Below the pieces are notes generated by a model that searched no databases, was not told where the DNA came from, and saw only the letters and a program-made list of their open reading frames with translations. This document shows, in pieces, positions 10,286 to 22,061 of a stretch of DNA of 64,000 bases. The translations under genes and the position numbers were made by a program. Source of the stretch: Paramoeba atlantica (Eukaryota > Protista > Discosea); the NCBI GenBank assembly GCA_977017575.1, contig CDRNVI010000003.1, positions 372,001 through 436,000 of the forward strand, in the 5' to 3' direction. The stretch's first letter is position 1, and each line of letters opens with the position of its first letter.

Positions 10286-12003
10286 CAAAATATACAGTGG
10301 AATAAGAAAAATACATAAGACAGTTTCGCGAAGCATATAATTTATAAGATCACAAGATAGATTCTGTAACTACTCCTCGCTTAATTTAAACGACGAACCA
10401 GTATGAAACGAAGCTTCACAAAGGAAAGCGTATTATTTCAAGGCGAGAAAAACTGATAAAAATAAAGACTTTAACAAAAGAAGCACAAAGAAGTTTAAGT
10501 GTCACATTACCAATTAAAAACCGATTTATACATTTGTATATTATCTTCATAGCTTCACAATTAGAGTATCAGACGTATTTTCGATCATCAATTAGACTGA
10601 AGTGAATAAGATTTCAAGGATTATTATGAATTGCATCAGATGGAACAAGAATGGAAACGACACTTACTCAACTTTATAAGACATAAAAAAAGATACTCTT
10701 TTTTTGATACGATATTGAATGAAACGATATTGTTTACTCCTTAAAGCCTTCCGTAAATATAAAAGCGTATAAATATACGTGTATTACTAAATATAAGTAA
10801 ATATAAAATCATATGTATATATGTATGTGTATAAGATTTTTTTTTGCTTTTACAATGTAATATTCCGCTTACATCACGAAGCGTTCAGAGAACTGAAAGC
10901 GAAAAAAATCATTGTGTTGTCTATGATTCTCATGCAAATTAAGATTTGCGCCCCAACAAATGGGGTTCCTCAATAGGTGGGAGACATTCTTAATCATTTC
11001 GTGAAGGAAACAACAGATCAACAGAGAAATCTTGAAACTCCGCCACAATTTCACGACTTTCAAATTTTTTTTGCTTACGAATATTATTACAATTCCGTAA
11101 TAAGTTTGTTTAAGACGCATGGCCGCACCATGGGGGCAAAGGGGTTTAAAGACAAGTGGTGTACAGTACAGCGCTATGGCACATTGGATGGATACGAGGT
11201 TTTGGTACACCTACAAAGTTAAGAACACTCGTAAAGTAAGTAGGTACACACTGCACGAGAAGTCTATTCTGCAGTTCCCACACATCACGTGTGTCGAAAG
11301 CAATGAATTTGTTTTGGAGCTCATGAATATTTTTGGTCTCGGGAACTTCTTGCATGAGAGAGCTAGGAGGTGTCGCACGCTGAGAGGTACGTAAAGTGGA
11401 TGTGGGCGCTAACTTGTCTCGCTTTCATTGAAGCCGCCCGCTCCACCGTAAAATTTTCTAAGCATGCGGAGAAATATAAATTAGGTCGGAGATGAAAAGA
11501 TTAAACTGATGTACACACAAGGAACTCTCTTAAATCTATAGATCATTTCTCAAGATGAAACTACTGCTGACTTCAATTTCGAATGCTCCCAAATTCACAA
11601 ATAAGATCAAAAAGTGCCAACTTTCGTACTTTGTACGAATAGTACAGTGCATGATATGGTACTGTCGTACTAGGGAGATTTACATGCATGTAAATAAGGA
11701 ATTAAGGGCAAGTTTGTAGTAAAAACACTTCGTTTTTTATTTATCAAAGAAATGGATCTCATTATTAAAGGGAATTCTCCGCTTCACGACACAATTCAAG
11801 AGCAGAACTCTCCATTTGTAGACCCACGCTGTGTCATCATGACCAGTAATAGTACCTTCAAATACAAACTTCTATAAAAACATCATGGCGAATACTGTAT
11901 TTCCTAAAACAACTTTTAAATCTGCTATGATTAGTCATATATTTCTGCTCTTTGAGAATTGATACTTTAGGCATCCACTTGGAGGAATCTATTAATGGAT
12001 AAA

Positions 12004-13854
12004 CTACGACAAAAAGTATGGTTTCAATTTGGAAACCATGTCGCTAGCCGAATTCTGCTTCTCACCGAACCACGATGCGGTAGATTCGCGACTAATCCTG
12101 GAAGATCGAGATGCTCGCATAGCTAGTTTTTCAACAAGCACCGAAGAACAGCTAGCAACCGAACTCAATGTCGATAGACCTTCAAGGATGCTTTGCGTCG
12201 CATCAACTTTATCCTTCTCCTGCACACTGAGAAAGTCGTCCCATATTTCTGCCACTACTTCTTTTAACGTTTCCTCAGCGCCTTCCACTGATCCGTTGTA
12301 CCGATAACAGTGTTTCATCGAAGCTGCGAGAAGATTGACCAGAAGGCTCAATTTACACTGGGTTAACTGACGACCAAGACGAAGCCAACGAGAAACAAAT
12401 CGGGGAGCGTCCACCATTGCCTCCTCGCTAATAGCAATGGAAAGCGCTGTACTTAACGCATCGTTTAAATCCATGATGTCCCATGAGGAATTAAAGAGGA
12501 AATTACCCACCGTATCCTCTCGTTTTCCAAGTAGACAAAAGTCATACATCACAGTAAGTAACGTGTTTCGCACGTCTGTTACGTTCAATGGATTGAGCTT
12601 CAGTGCGTCCGTCCGTGACTCACCTTCGAGTAGTCGAGGGGGCAATACTTTTCTAGCAACAGTGATTCTCCGAGGTCGAGAAGTAGATGGACTAGTTGTA
12701 GCTCGTGCCGCAATGTCAACCCTGCTAGAACTTCTTCGCATAGATGGAGGAAATCCGCTTGAGCGATTGGATCCTCCTCTTGTCGGAGTTTCTAACGTCG
12801 GAGTGGATGTCTTTCTAGAGTCTGTGTCTCCGTACGCGGAGAGAGAATCGCACGAATGTGCGGGACGCATCTCCACGTGCAGTTCATCTGCTTTTTGCAC
12901 CCGAGCTACCCATTTCGAATCTCGTGTCTCTAATACATCTTGAAGCATAAAATGAATACGTGGAGCATAGAAATCCAGTTGAATGAGTTCGCTAATAACT
13001 TCCATTGAGACACTCATTTGGTCTGGAAAATCAACCTCGAAGCGGCGTCCGACAATCTTCAAGAGTGTGCAGACCATTTCAAGCCATTTGACCTCCGGAA
13101 GATCTTCTTCGTACGTATTTAAGAGTCTGTCGGACACAAGTTTGATGGTATCGCGCGACAAAATACTTGCTAAATACAGTTCACCTATGAATTTCATGAT
13201 GGCATACTTTCGTCGTTTCCATTTGTCACTAGAAGTTACAGTTAACTCGTCTTCGGAAGGATTCTCTTTTGCCAGGGCGTCCATCATGTCTTCAAATTCA
13301 CGTTGTGTTTGATTAATAACTTGTCTTTTGAATAACAAAGCCTGTGACCCTCGGGCACCTTCAGGAGCTTGAAGAAAAATTTCCAAACAAAAATTGACAT
13401 AAATCTGCGAGTACATAGGCTCTTGCAACGCTTTCTCAAAGATTTGTTGTACGGTGATCATCATTTTGTTCTCGTCGTTATAGATCTGCTTCACATCAAG
13501 AGTACGAATAATATCATTGTAGTTGTTTGGCGCAAGTTTGTTTAGCATACTACGCATTTTTCGTTCGAATTCAGCGTTCGCTGACGTGTTTGGCTTCCGC
13601 CGAGAAGACCAAGCGTTGTGGCCGATCACAAGCGCGTTCGTACCAGTACGCATGGCATCGCGAGATAACACACTCGATCGCGCCTCCGCGCCTTCCCCCT
13701 CGTTCGTAGATACTCGTAGATGCTCGACATCGATCATGTCGGGTGGTGTTTCGCAATAAATTTTTCGGTAAGAACGTAGAGTAGCACAATCGTAAATGTA
13801 TGGGGCGATGCCGGCATTGGTAGTATCTTGGACGGAAAGCTCGCAATGACTCAT
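12004..13854 (-). CDS. EIF4G: eIF4G-family translation initiation factor (MIF4G domain)
   Basis: RSMLNKLAPNNY, IFEKALQEPMYSQIY, KFIGELY MIF4G HEAT motifs. Paralogue number not assignable. Confidence 0.85.
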   Translation of the reverse strand: MSHCELSVQDTTNAGIAPYIYDCATLRSYRKIYCETPPDMIDVEHLRVSTNEGEGAEARSSVLSRDAMRTGTNALVIGHNAWSSRRKPNTSANAEFERKMRSMLNKLAPNNYNDIIRTLDVKQIYNDENKMMITVQQIFEKALQEPMYSQIYVNFCLEIFLQAPEGARGSQALLFKRQVINQTQREFEDMMDALAKENPSEDELTVTSSDKWKRRKYAIMKFIGELYLASILSRDTIKLVSDRLLNTYEEDLPEVKWLEMVCTLLKIVGRRFEVDFPDQMSVSMEVISELIQLDFYAPRIHFMLQDVLETRDSKWVARVQKADELHVEMRPAHSCDSLSAYGDTDSRKTSTPTLETPTRGGSNRSSGFPPSMRRSSSRVDIAARATTSPSTSRPRRITVARKVLPPRLLEGESRTDALKLNPLNVTDVRNTLLTVMYDFCLLGKREDTVGNFLFNSSWDIMDLNDALSTALSIAISEEAMVDAPRFVSRWLRLGRQLTQCKLSLLVNLLAASMKHCYRYNGSVEGAEETLKEVVAEIWDDFLSVQEKDKVDATQSILEGLSTLSSVASCSSVLVEKLAMRASRSSRISRESTASWFGEKQNSASDMVSKLKPYFLS

Positions 13855-14480
13855 GACAAGTGATCAAATAAGTAAATAAGAAAATTACTACAAAATTGTC
13901 AATAAGCAACAATAGTGCTAATGAAAACATGCTATGTGAAACATTCAAAAAGTCAAGAACAGGAATATACTGTACCATGCCGTGCGAAAAAGCTGATTTA
14001 GAATACACACGTATCGTGCAGGCGGCGGTACCAATTCTGTACGACCACCTGTACGATAGCTGGGCGAGAGGTTAGGGGGTATAACATAAAAACCTCATTA
14101 CATACTACATCCCCCATACTGTGACCCCCTTTTGGTGAAAAGTGACGAATAACTAGGGGTAGCTTGGTACCGTCGAAATAAAGCCTCTTTTTGACCCAAA
14201 AACCAGTACAGAAACGTTATCTTTATCTATTTGCAAGCTGTTGTTTTATTAGATACACTTGTTTTATTAGATGCACTCATACATGAAGGGTTATATTCAT
14301 ATATGAAGGAGCCTATGGAGACTCTGCAGTTAGTAGTATGTATAGATGTTTTTCAGGCACGTTACTTATCACAATATCACTGATTTTGAGATCAAAACGC
14401 GAAATGTAAAGGGGGGACAACGGTATTAAGCCTTGCTTATTGTAGTTTAAGTGTGAAAGCGTCGCCCATGAGGCTACAAA

Positions 14481-14837
14481 TTACTCCCCGGTGAAGGAGT
14501 TCCTTAAGAGATTCAAATCTATCAAATGTGACGGCAATACATATAGATGCACCGGCCCTGTATGGTTGTTATGTGCAGCGGAGAACTTATTTACTGTCCT
14601 TGGTAGTGAATTCCATCGCAATGCTCCTGAAAGCATTCTTTCTCTCCAATTAATGTTTGTCACATGCTTACCGTCTTCGCATATAACGCCGTTCCACTCA
14701 CATGCAGGAGTAGATGTGTTCCATGATATATGGGAATTCTTAATACCTGAAATGAATTGTGCAAGTTCGTATTCCTGTGGCAGACCTACCCCTCTGACTT
14801 TTGCAGGACGTTGAATTTGTGAGTCTGTGTTATCCAT
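14481..14837 (-). pseudogene. Truncated plant-type LRR family paralogue (118 aa)
   Basis: Shares the N-cap LPQEYEL..FI..I.N...W...TPAC.W.G..C with the ORFs at 27023 and 44461 but stops after about 2 LRRs. Could be a short functional protein. Confidence 0.6.
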
Positions 14838-15099
14838 TATGTAAAATGTATCCAGACCAATAAACCTTAAAACTGCTGAGTGCAGTGTATGTATCTTACT
14901 ACTGTATGTTGAGGCATGGAGTCACAAAAGAGATTACAACCCCCAATATATTGTCACCCCCCCTTTATACTTCCGCCGGTTTCGGTACTTTTGGAAGTAT
15001 AAGGGGGGGGTCTGACTTTCGGAAGTATGAAGGGGGGGTCTAATTTTTTGAAAACTCCGCAAAACAAATGTTTTGAAAAACGGGCAAAAAAAAATGAAA

Positions 15100-15190
15100 T
15101 TTAGTGCAAGTTTCGTTGAACGCACATTAAAAAGTGTGCCAAACAGAATGAGGATTGTTCTAGAGAAGGAGGGGGGCACTGTGGGTACTG
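15100..15190 (+). mobile_element. Tc1-like transposase C-terminal remnant
   Basis: VERTLKSVPNRMRIVLEKEGG, then frameshifted HCGY; the same tail occurs at 15823, 24223 and 54191. Confidence 0.6.
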
Positions 15191-15562
15191 GGTTCGTCTG
15201 CTCAATTTTATGCCAAAAAGGTGAAATTTCTTAAAAAACTTGCAATTGACGTTTTTGGCCCTCTTACCATTTTACGATGCTGCTAAATATACGGGAAACT
15301 GTATAAAGAAAATGTTTCTTTTATGCGTTTTTAGATGTATTTTGATACGTTTTAGCATTTAGTACCCCCCTCTCATTAATAATTATAATCTGTAAACCTT
15401 TTTAGTTTATAATTATAATTATAGTTTATAATTATTAATGAGATTCGATAAGTGATTTTTCTTACTATGGACTTCAAATTCTTGATTTTCGAGACACTTC
15501 GTTCAACCTGGAAGCAATGTTTAGTGCAAAGTATGTGGTACAGGTGTCTTTCCAGATAAAAA

Positions 15563-16263
15563 ATGAAGAATTTGAGGTTTATAATTATAAAAGTGAGACT
15601 CAGAATTATAATCTCGCACAAGGTCACTGGGGGAGTGCTCCTTGACTCCTTTCAGAAGCCTAATGGGTTTTTACATTATCTCAAAGACCACGTTGACAAT
15701 GTGACTGTGCAAATGCATAATGCTACCACCCATAACTTGGCAAAAGGTGAATCGATAAAATGTCGTATTAAACAATTGTCTTGGCCAGCGAATTCGCCTG
15801 ATTTAAATCCAATAGAAAATGTTTGGAAACAAATGAAAAAAAAAATATTAAGCCCCACAATCATGCTACCCTCGCCGATGCCATTAAAAAAGTTTTTCAG
15901 ATTCTAAAACGTCCTCAAGAAAAACGTAAAGTGTGCAACACAATTGATTCAGTCCCAAATAGACTTCAAAAAGTGTTGCAAAACAATGGAGGCCATTCCG
16001 GATACTAGTTCTTTTCCTTCAGAGTTAACTTTTGGACACAAGTTCCCTTTTTTGTTCTATTTTTGATATGGTAAAAAAGTGTCTTTTTTTTTATTTTGGT
16101 CAACTTTCGGGTCACCCAGGGGGCACCAGGGAGTCTCTATGAAAAAAAGGCGGCAAAGCTCTTCGCTAGGGGAACGAGATCTCTCCAATGCTGCAAAGAT
16201 GAGCAAAAACGGATAAAAAAAATCAAAATTCCGAGGGGGGGCAAGATCAACTGAAACCACTGT
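15563..16263 (+). mobile_element. 5'-truncated Tc1-like element: degenerate DDE transposase plus right end
   Basis: QMHNATTHN...WPANSPDLNPIENVWKQMK and frameshifted tail VPNRLQKVLQNNGGHSGY. The 16060-16230 segment resembles the long TIR of the 51501-54627 element; it ends ...GAAACCACTG|TA. Confidence 0.8.
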
Positions 16264-16310
16264 ATAAACCCCCCCACAGCGAATAAGTCACCCCCCTCTT
16301 TTTTTTTGTA

Positions 16311-17108
16311 CAGGGGGGGTAAAGAGGGTTACGGCACCGCTTTCGTTCAAAATTTTGAGATCTCCACGTTCCCGCTGTTTTCAGCTCACTTTAAAAACTT
16401 CAAAAAAAAATTAAAATAAAAATCTTCACTTTTTCCCAAAAATGCCTAAATCTGCATATCGGTTGCCGAAAGGGGGGCTTACAAACAGTGGAAAAGTTCT
16501 ATTGAGGATGAGATACGGTCAAGGTGTGCAATTTACGTGATAAATAATCTGTGTTGCATTTTATTTGAAGTGCATGACATTGGCATCATTTCCCGTCGAG
16601 ACATTTGTGTAAATTGGGATCCTATAGCTCCCGATGTTTAGTTCTAACCCATGTTTGTTACTTGTTCGAAAGGCCATGAGCCGCGGGTATAAGCTCTTAA
16701 GGAATTGGTTATACTCCGATCGTGGAAAACGCCGCGGTAAATCTATTTTGTGGAAACCTCTTCTGACGGCCGCACATGGGCGCACCGCAAACCAGGGTTT
16801 TAAAGTCTTATACTTTATCACTTCTGGAAATAGCCGGCTATAGATCTCAACGGAGAAGTGACTTGGGGCGAAAGCGATCACTCGGCTGACAAACCCTTTG
16901 AGTCGTGCTTTCGAACAATGAAATTTCAAAAAAAGGTGAAAATCGATTTTTTTTCTAATTTCTTTCCAAACAAATTCAAAATATTCCGAAAAAAAGCACT
17001 TCGCTAGGGGAAAGAGGTCTCTCGAATGCCGCCAAACTGAGCAAAAACGGAGAAAAAAAACCAAATTTCGCCTCAGGAGAGGGGGAAGAAAATTTCCTTT
17101 CACCCTCA
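16311..17108 (+). mobile_element. Degenerate Tc1/mariner-like element
   Basis: Begins TA|CAGGGGGGGT and ends CACCCTCA|TA. Carries the shared subterminal motif TTCGCTAGGGGAA-GAG-TCTCTCGAATG...GAGCAAAAACGG at about 17000-17055. Coding remnants are fragmented. Confidence 0.45.
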
Positions 17109-17199
17109 TACAGTACAAAAAAGATGGGCCACAATGTGGCACAATAGCACACTCGGGCACAGGGCTTCGTCAAAGGGAAGTATAAAATACAAAATAACA

Positions 17200-18717
17200 C
17201 TATGCTGCGAGTAAATGACAACCATAAAATGGTTTACGGCGCATAAGGACCCCCATGTTGCGCGCTGAGAGAGAAGCCGGAAAAAATTTCCTGAGGGCGA
17301 CATCATACCTTTTACCGTGTTCCTCCATAATGTGAAGAACCCTATCAAAGTGTATCAGGTGTTCCAGTGACCGTCCCAAGAGTCTACTCTGGAAAAATCG
17401 AAAAGTTAATGCAGTATGAACTATAGATTTTGTTGCTGATTTATTAAAGAAGTCTTCTAAAAAGTTAACATCACACTGATCAATTTCGACAGTTTCTTTA
17501 TTGGGTGCACTGTCTAATCGATTTCGAGCGCGCAGGCGTTCCAAGTTGTGTACGTACTCCGCAAAAGACGAAACATTTAGATTTCGAAGGTTTGCTAATG
17601 GAAGGGGATAAAGTCGAGAATTGAACAGCTTACTCTGACCGCATAGATAGGCCAAAGCATATCTGTATTGTTTGCGAAGTAGTCGATCCCGGGCCTCAGT
17701 GACGCAAGGCCACGGCTCGTGACGAAGATTAGCCAGATGTCTTGCACCTAGATATGATCTTAAGTTAGTCATTTCGGCGTGAAGCGAAGAAATTCCAATG
17801 TCTGTGTTTTTTAACATATGGTAACAGCACGGTATGTTTAATGCAAGCGGTCCGCCAACTCGAAGAACAGAGCGAATGTGCTCGATAGCAAAAGAACCAC
17901 AAGTATGTAATCCCACGGATAAAACAAATGGTTTGGATATCAATCCATCTACTCTGGTACACGGTAAACGTGTTTGCAAAAAATCAGAAGATTTTCCTAA
18001 AGAAATTACGTGGCATAAATTTGGATCAGAACATGTACCTGTGTACGCTCTTCGTGTACGACCCAGATAATGCTTCCTGCTATCTTGATCAACACACAAA
18101 GCTCTTAGAGCAGGTGATACTTGTTGAACCGATTCGCATAAATCGCCTTGACCCCCTCCGACATCGACAATCTCAGTTAAATCATAGTCCCTACACCATC
18201 GAATCAAGTGCTTTGTTAATGCTGAAATTTCACGCTTTTTTCGCGTGTTCTTAAAAGCCCATGAAGGGCTGTTTGATGCAAATACGCTGCGGTCCATGGG
18301 ATAATACTCGGAGATCGGAGTTCCCAATGTGGAAAGCGTCTCTTCGGCTATATTTAGCGAGGAAAATGCATTTGTTGACTTGTGAAGCATGGCCCAATCA
18401 ATAAATTCTTCTTGGGACAGAGTATTGAGATGATTTAAAGCGTCCTCTACCGAAATACGATAAGATCCTAGACCGTAAACATCGCATGCATCCAACAATT
18501 GCTTAACAAAACGTTTCTGCAAAGAATCCAATGACTCGTCTCCAAGTTTGTGGGCTTCCGTCGGAGACTGTAGGACATCGAGTACATTAACCGCCGCAAG
18601 GGCAATAAGATTACCAGACCTAGATCGAGCCAAACCTCCTAAAATTTGCCTTGTGCGCCATTTGATGTCTCCATAATCATCCCAAGTTTCAATTGCGTGT
18701 GAAACCATTCTCTTCAT
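17200..18717 (-). CDS. METTL25/RRNAD1-like SAM-dependent methyltransferase
   Basis: IVDVGGGQGDL SAM motif, VGLHTCGSFA, IPCCYH, C-terminal SARN (cf. SPRN). Confidence 0.75.
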   Translation of the reverse strand: MKRMVSHAIETWDDYGDIKWRTRQILGGLARSRSGNLIALAAVNVLDVLQSPTEAHKLGDESLDSLQKRFVKQLLDACDVYGLGSYRISVEDALNHLNTLSQEEFIDWAMLHKSTNAFSSLNIAEETLSTLGTPISEYYPMDRSVFASNSPSWAFKNTRKKREISALTKHLIRWCRDYDLTEIVDVGGGQGDLCESVQQVSPALRALCVDQDSRKHYLGRTRRAYTGTCSDPNLCHVISLGKSSDFLQTRLPCTRVDGLISKPFVLSVGLHTCGSFAIEHIRSVLRVGGPLALNIPCCYHMLKNTDIGISSLHAEMTNLRSYLGARHLANLRHEPWPCVTEARDRLLRKQYRYALAYLCGQSKLFNSRLYPLPLANLRNLNVSSFAEYVHNLERLRARNRLDSAPNKETVEIDQCDVNFLEDFFNKSATKSIVHTALTFRFFQSRLLGRSLEHLIHFDRVLHIMEEHGKRYDVALRKFFPASLSARNMGVLMRRKPFYGCHLLAA

Positions 18718-18847
18718 AGAAATTCATGGATCTTCAGAATCATTAAAATTCGGCAAGAAAAAGAAGTTCGAAGTCGGTGTAAATGAAGTTGTTTCTCCAA
18801 AAGGAAAAGCCTATTATTATTTTTGAAAAATTAAATATTATGGTAAA

Positions 18848-19027
18848 CCGGGTTATTGTGCCCCCCGGCAAAATAACTGGATATAGGCACAATAACTAAA
18901 TATTGGAAAAAAAGACAAAAAAAGGTATTTTTTTTAAACCAATAACGACCACAATAATAGTGGTCGTTTCCACTTATCGTGCTCCCCCGGCATAATAAGT
19001 ACTGTAGCCGTAGGCACATTAACCCGG
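18848..19027. mobile_element. Putative 180-bp MITE
   Basis: 15-bp terminal inverted repeat CCGGGTTATTGTGCC / GGCACATTAACCCGG (1 mismatch), with a further internal GGCACAATAAC copy. No clear TSD. Confidence 0.45.
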
Positions 19028-19805
19028 AACAGGGTTTATTATGATGTGTATGGGGTTAACATTAAGCACGGTTTCTGTTTTCTTTAGTTCATCCTTTCCT
19101 TCCCCCACAACAGGCATACTCTTAGAGGGTTGAAAGGCAAAACCCGCTTAATCCTCATTGGCGTGGCGAAAAAAAGTACTTTGTCAAAAATAGTGAAGAG
19201 CATACTTGGTATCCATCGAGCGCTCCACTGTTAGAACCTGTACCTAAAGATGCAGCCTAAATCAAGGCTGGATGACCCCACTGTTAATAGCTAAGGTACG
19301 TGAAGCAGTGGGAAACACGTCCTACATGCGGTACTATGCAAACTTATTGGCAGGTTTGCGCGGTCCTTGGTTGTGACTGATTCTTGGCGTGGGTACTTGG
19401 GTATGGAGGACCCATTCGATTGAGTTCGTTGAACTCCATGGGTATCATGCCAACCATGCTGAGTTTGTGCACCGAATTATAAAAGACTGGACTAAGCGCC
19501 ACCACTATAATTTCGGTGCATCAGCGCAAGACCTCAAGCGCAATATTGCACTTCAATGTGTCGAATTCGGAAGCGTACTCAGTGATCCAGAGCGAGCTTG
19601 ATAAAACTAAGCGAGCTTGGCAAAACTAAGGTAAAACTATAAAGAATCACCACAAACATTGTGGTCGCGCACTGAGAACCTGTGTCTGCCACTTCCGCTG
19701 GATTGTGTATTTGTTTTCCTATACTGCGACACCTAGTTTCTGTGTAAAGGATTGTAAGGATTATTAGTTTCGAATCCAAGAATCCATCCTCTCATTCCTA
19801 ACTCT

Positions 19806-20771
19806 TTGCCTGTTTATTCTATGGATCAAGGTAGTCAGGAGCAGGACGCTGACCGCAAAAAACGCATGTTCGCACGATTTATGGCTCTACTCGAAAATGC
19901 TACTTACCAAGGGCCTCCAACTGGTCTCCGCGAACTTCCTCCTCCTCAGAATACGCAAATTGACTATTCAAATTGGCGCATGAGACCTGTTCGTCCTTTG
20001 TGTACTGGCTGTCCAGCTTTTAATTGTGTTTCTCGATGGCGCAGTGTAATGGATATTCTGCAAGGTCGCGATGCTGAAGAGTGGATGCGTTAAATTAGCT
20101 GGTGACATCTACATACCATCCGAACTTTCTGCCTGTGATTTTACCGATGCAACATTGTGCTACTTTGAGAATCTTTCATTTAATAGAGAGGACGTTTTTG
20201 CTGCCTTTGCTTTCCTGAGGGTCGGGGGGAATTATGAAGTCACATCGGACTATTTGACTGTCAAATTTGGTCGCGGCTGGATACGGGTGGTTTGCTGGAT
20301 ACGGTACCCATATACTTTGACGCCATTGAAAATTGTTTTCAGCATAAATACTCGGAGTCTGTAGCAAAAGCTATTGTAGCCTGCACGCTTGCCGGATTTG
20401 TATGCTTTTATGGCCAGGCATTGTATACAGGTAGCTCCCTTGATAGTGTCATCATGGACGACAGTGGTATTCTCAACATGTTACGAAAGTTTGGTGTCAA
20501 ATGTCAGGCAGACGGAGGTTTCTATGAGAATGCGAACGTCACCTTACCATACGAAAAACGTCAAATATGGCCTCAGGTTCGCATTTCAGCTCAATCGGAA
20601 AGCGATTACGAGAATAAGTCGCACGAAAAATTGGAGTTTAAGGAGCGTTTAGCGCACTATCGAGCGCGCGTTGAGCACGTGTTCGGACGCACCTGTATAG
20701 GCAGATTGTTAGTTTTAAGAACTGGACACATAACCCTGATCTTCTATTTTACCCCTTTGGGTGTGCTCTGA
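19806..20771 (+). mobile_element. PIF/Harbinger (DDE_Tnp_4-type) transposase pseudogene
   Basis: Three frameshifted pieces containing LDTVPI, YTGSSLDSVIMDDSGIL, CQADGGF and LAHYRARVEHVFGR, typical of Harbinger DDE nucleases. Termini not resolved. Confidence 0.8.
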
Positions 20772-21761
20772 TCGGTCACACTATTGAAATATGTATATGA
20801 ACGACACAAAAGTGCAGGTAAATAATGTGTATGTATAATGTGTGTATGTTGTAGCAGATATAGAAAAGCGACAAAGACTGGTAAATAAATTTAAGGAGAA
20901 TAAAAACATGAGTTCGCGATACCCTAGGTCAAATAATATGTCAGATAGCAATCAGGCAACTCTTTCTAAATACTTAAATTCATTCGAAAAAGTGGACTGA
21001 AACCTTCATTTCTTTAAAAGAATTCTTTTTTCTTTTTTTTTCTTTTTCCTATACCCACCCTGTTGAGAATACTCAGCCTCTAGCTCCCCACTCGAAAATA
21101 TTACCTACAACGACTGCCAGAAACTGTCAGAGTCAGCCAGTTCTCGCCAGAAACTGCCAGCGACCTTCAGCGATCTACAAGTACTGGCTACATACTCTCC
21201 AATGAAAACATTGCCGATGTAGGGACGAGGCCTGAAAAAGTGTATTGCCCCGAAGACTACAATTATAGGAAAACGAGCACGAAAAATCGCTTACAACACT
21301 CCTACGAAACACACCAAGCGCATGGCACGTGTGCCGCGAGAATTGAGGGGCTGCGGGTATAGTCTCGCGTGAACTCGCATGATCTCACGTGAAAATGTGG
21401 TGTTTCGCCAAGATGTCAATTGTTAACCTGTATTTATAATCTCAGGTATTTCTCTTGGGTTTTTTACGCTGATTCCTTCGGCAAACATACGACGCATTTC
21501 GAGATCTATCGAATGCCGAAGGAGTTACAGGTGTAGGTCAAAAGCTCTCACGACACAAAAGTTAGGAGGGAGACTGTTATCCTTTAAGGGGTCTCTAAAC
21601 TTACTTAACTTTACTATAAACTATTATTATCTTATAAATTAATAATCTTATAAATTCATAAGATAAAGTTATTAGAATTGGCGAGCATGGTGACAATCTT
21701 TTCTTGCGGTCACAAATCGATTGAGTTTATAAAACAAATAGTGCCCTGTATCAGTACGACG

Positions 21762-21836
21762 ACCAGTATCCCGTCTTACCAGTATCCCGTCTTACTGGTC
21801 TTACGACCAGTATCCCGTCTTACAGTATCCCGTCTT
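21762..21836 (+). repeat. Minisatellite, about 4 copies of ACCAGTATCCCGTCTT
   Basis: Copies at 21762, 21778, 21806 and 21822 (last lacks one C), with a short ACTGGTCTTACG interruption. Confidence 0.9.
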
Positions 21837-22061
21837 TGTTTCATGAGGATCTTTGACAAAAAAATGGCTCATGAGGATTTTCGTACAGGATTTCGACCAA
21901 AAATAGATACTTTACACAAGTACGAGAGAAAGCGTGCCGACAAAGTTGGGTCTTTGCCTCGATCCGATATTGATTCGCACTGGCTTGCGACCGAGGTGTT
22001 GATCAGCGAGAAAACACATTCTTTCGTATTGACGACAGATGCTACTAAATGTTATTTAGCT

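Noticed and set aside
21762-21836. Possible CRISPR array
   Set aside because: Repeats are contiguous without unique spacers; eukaryotic context; no cas genes.
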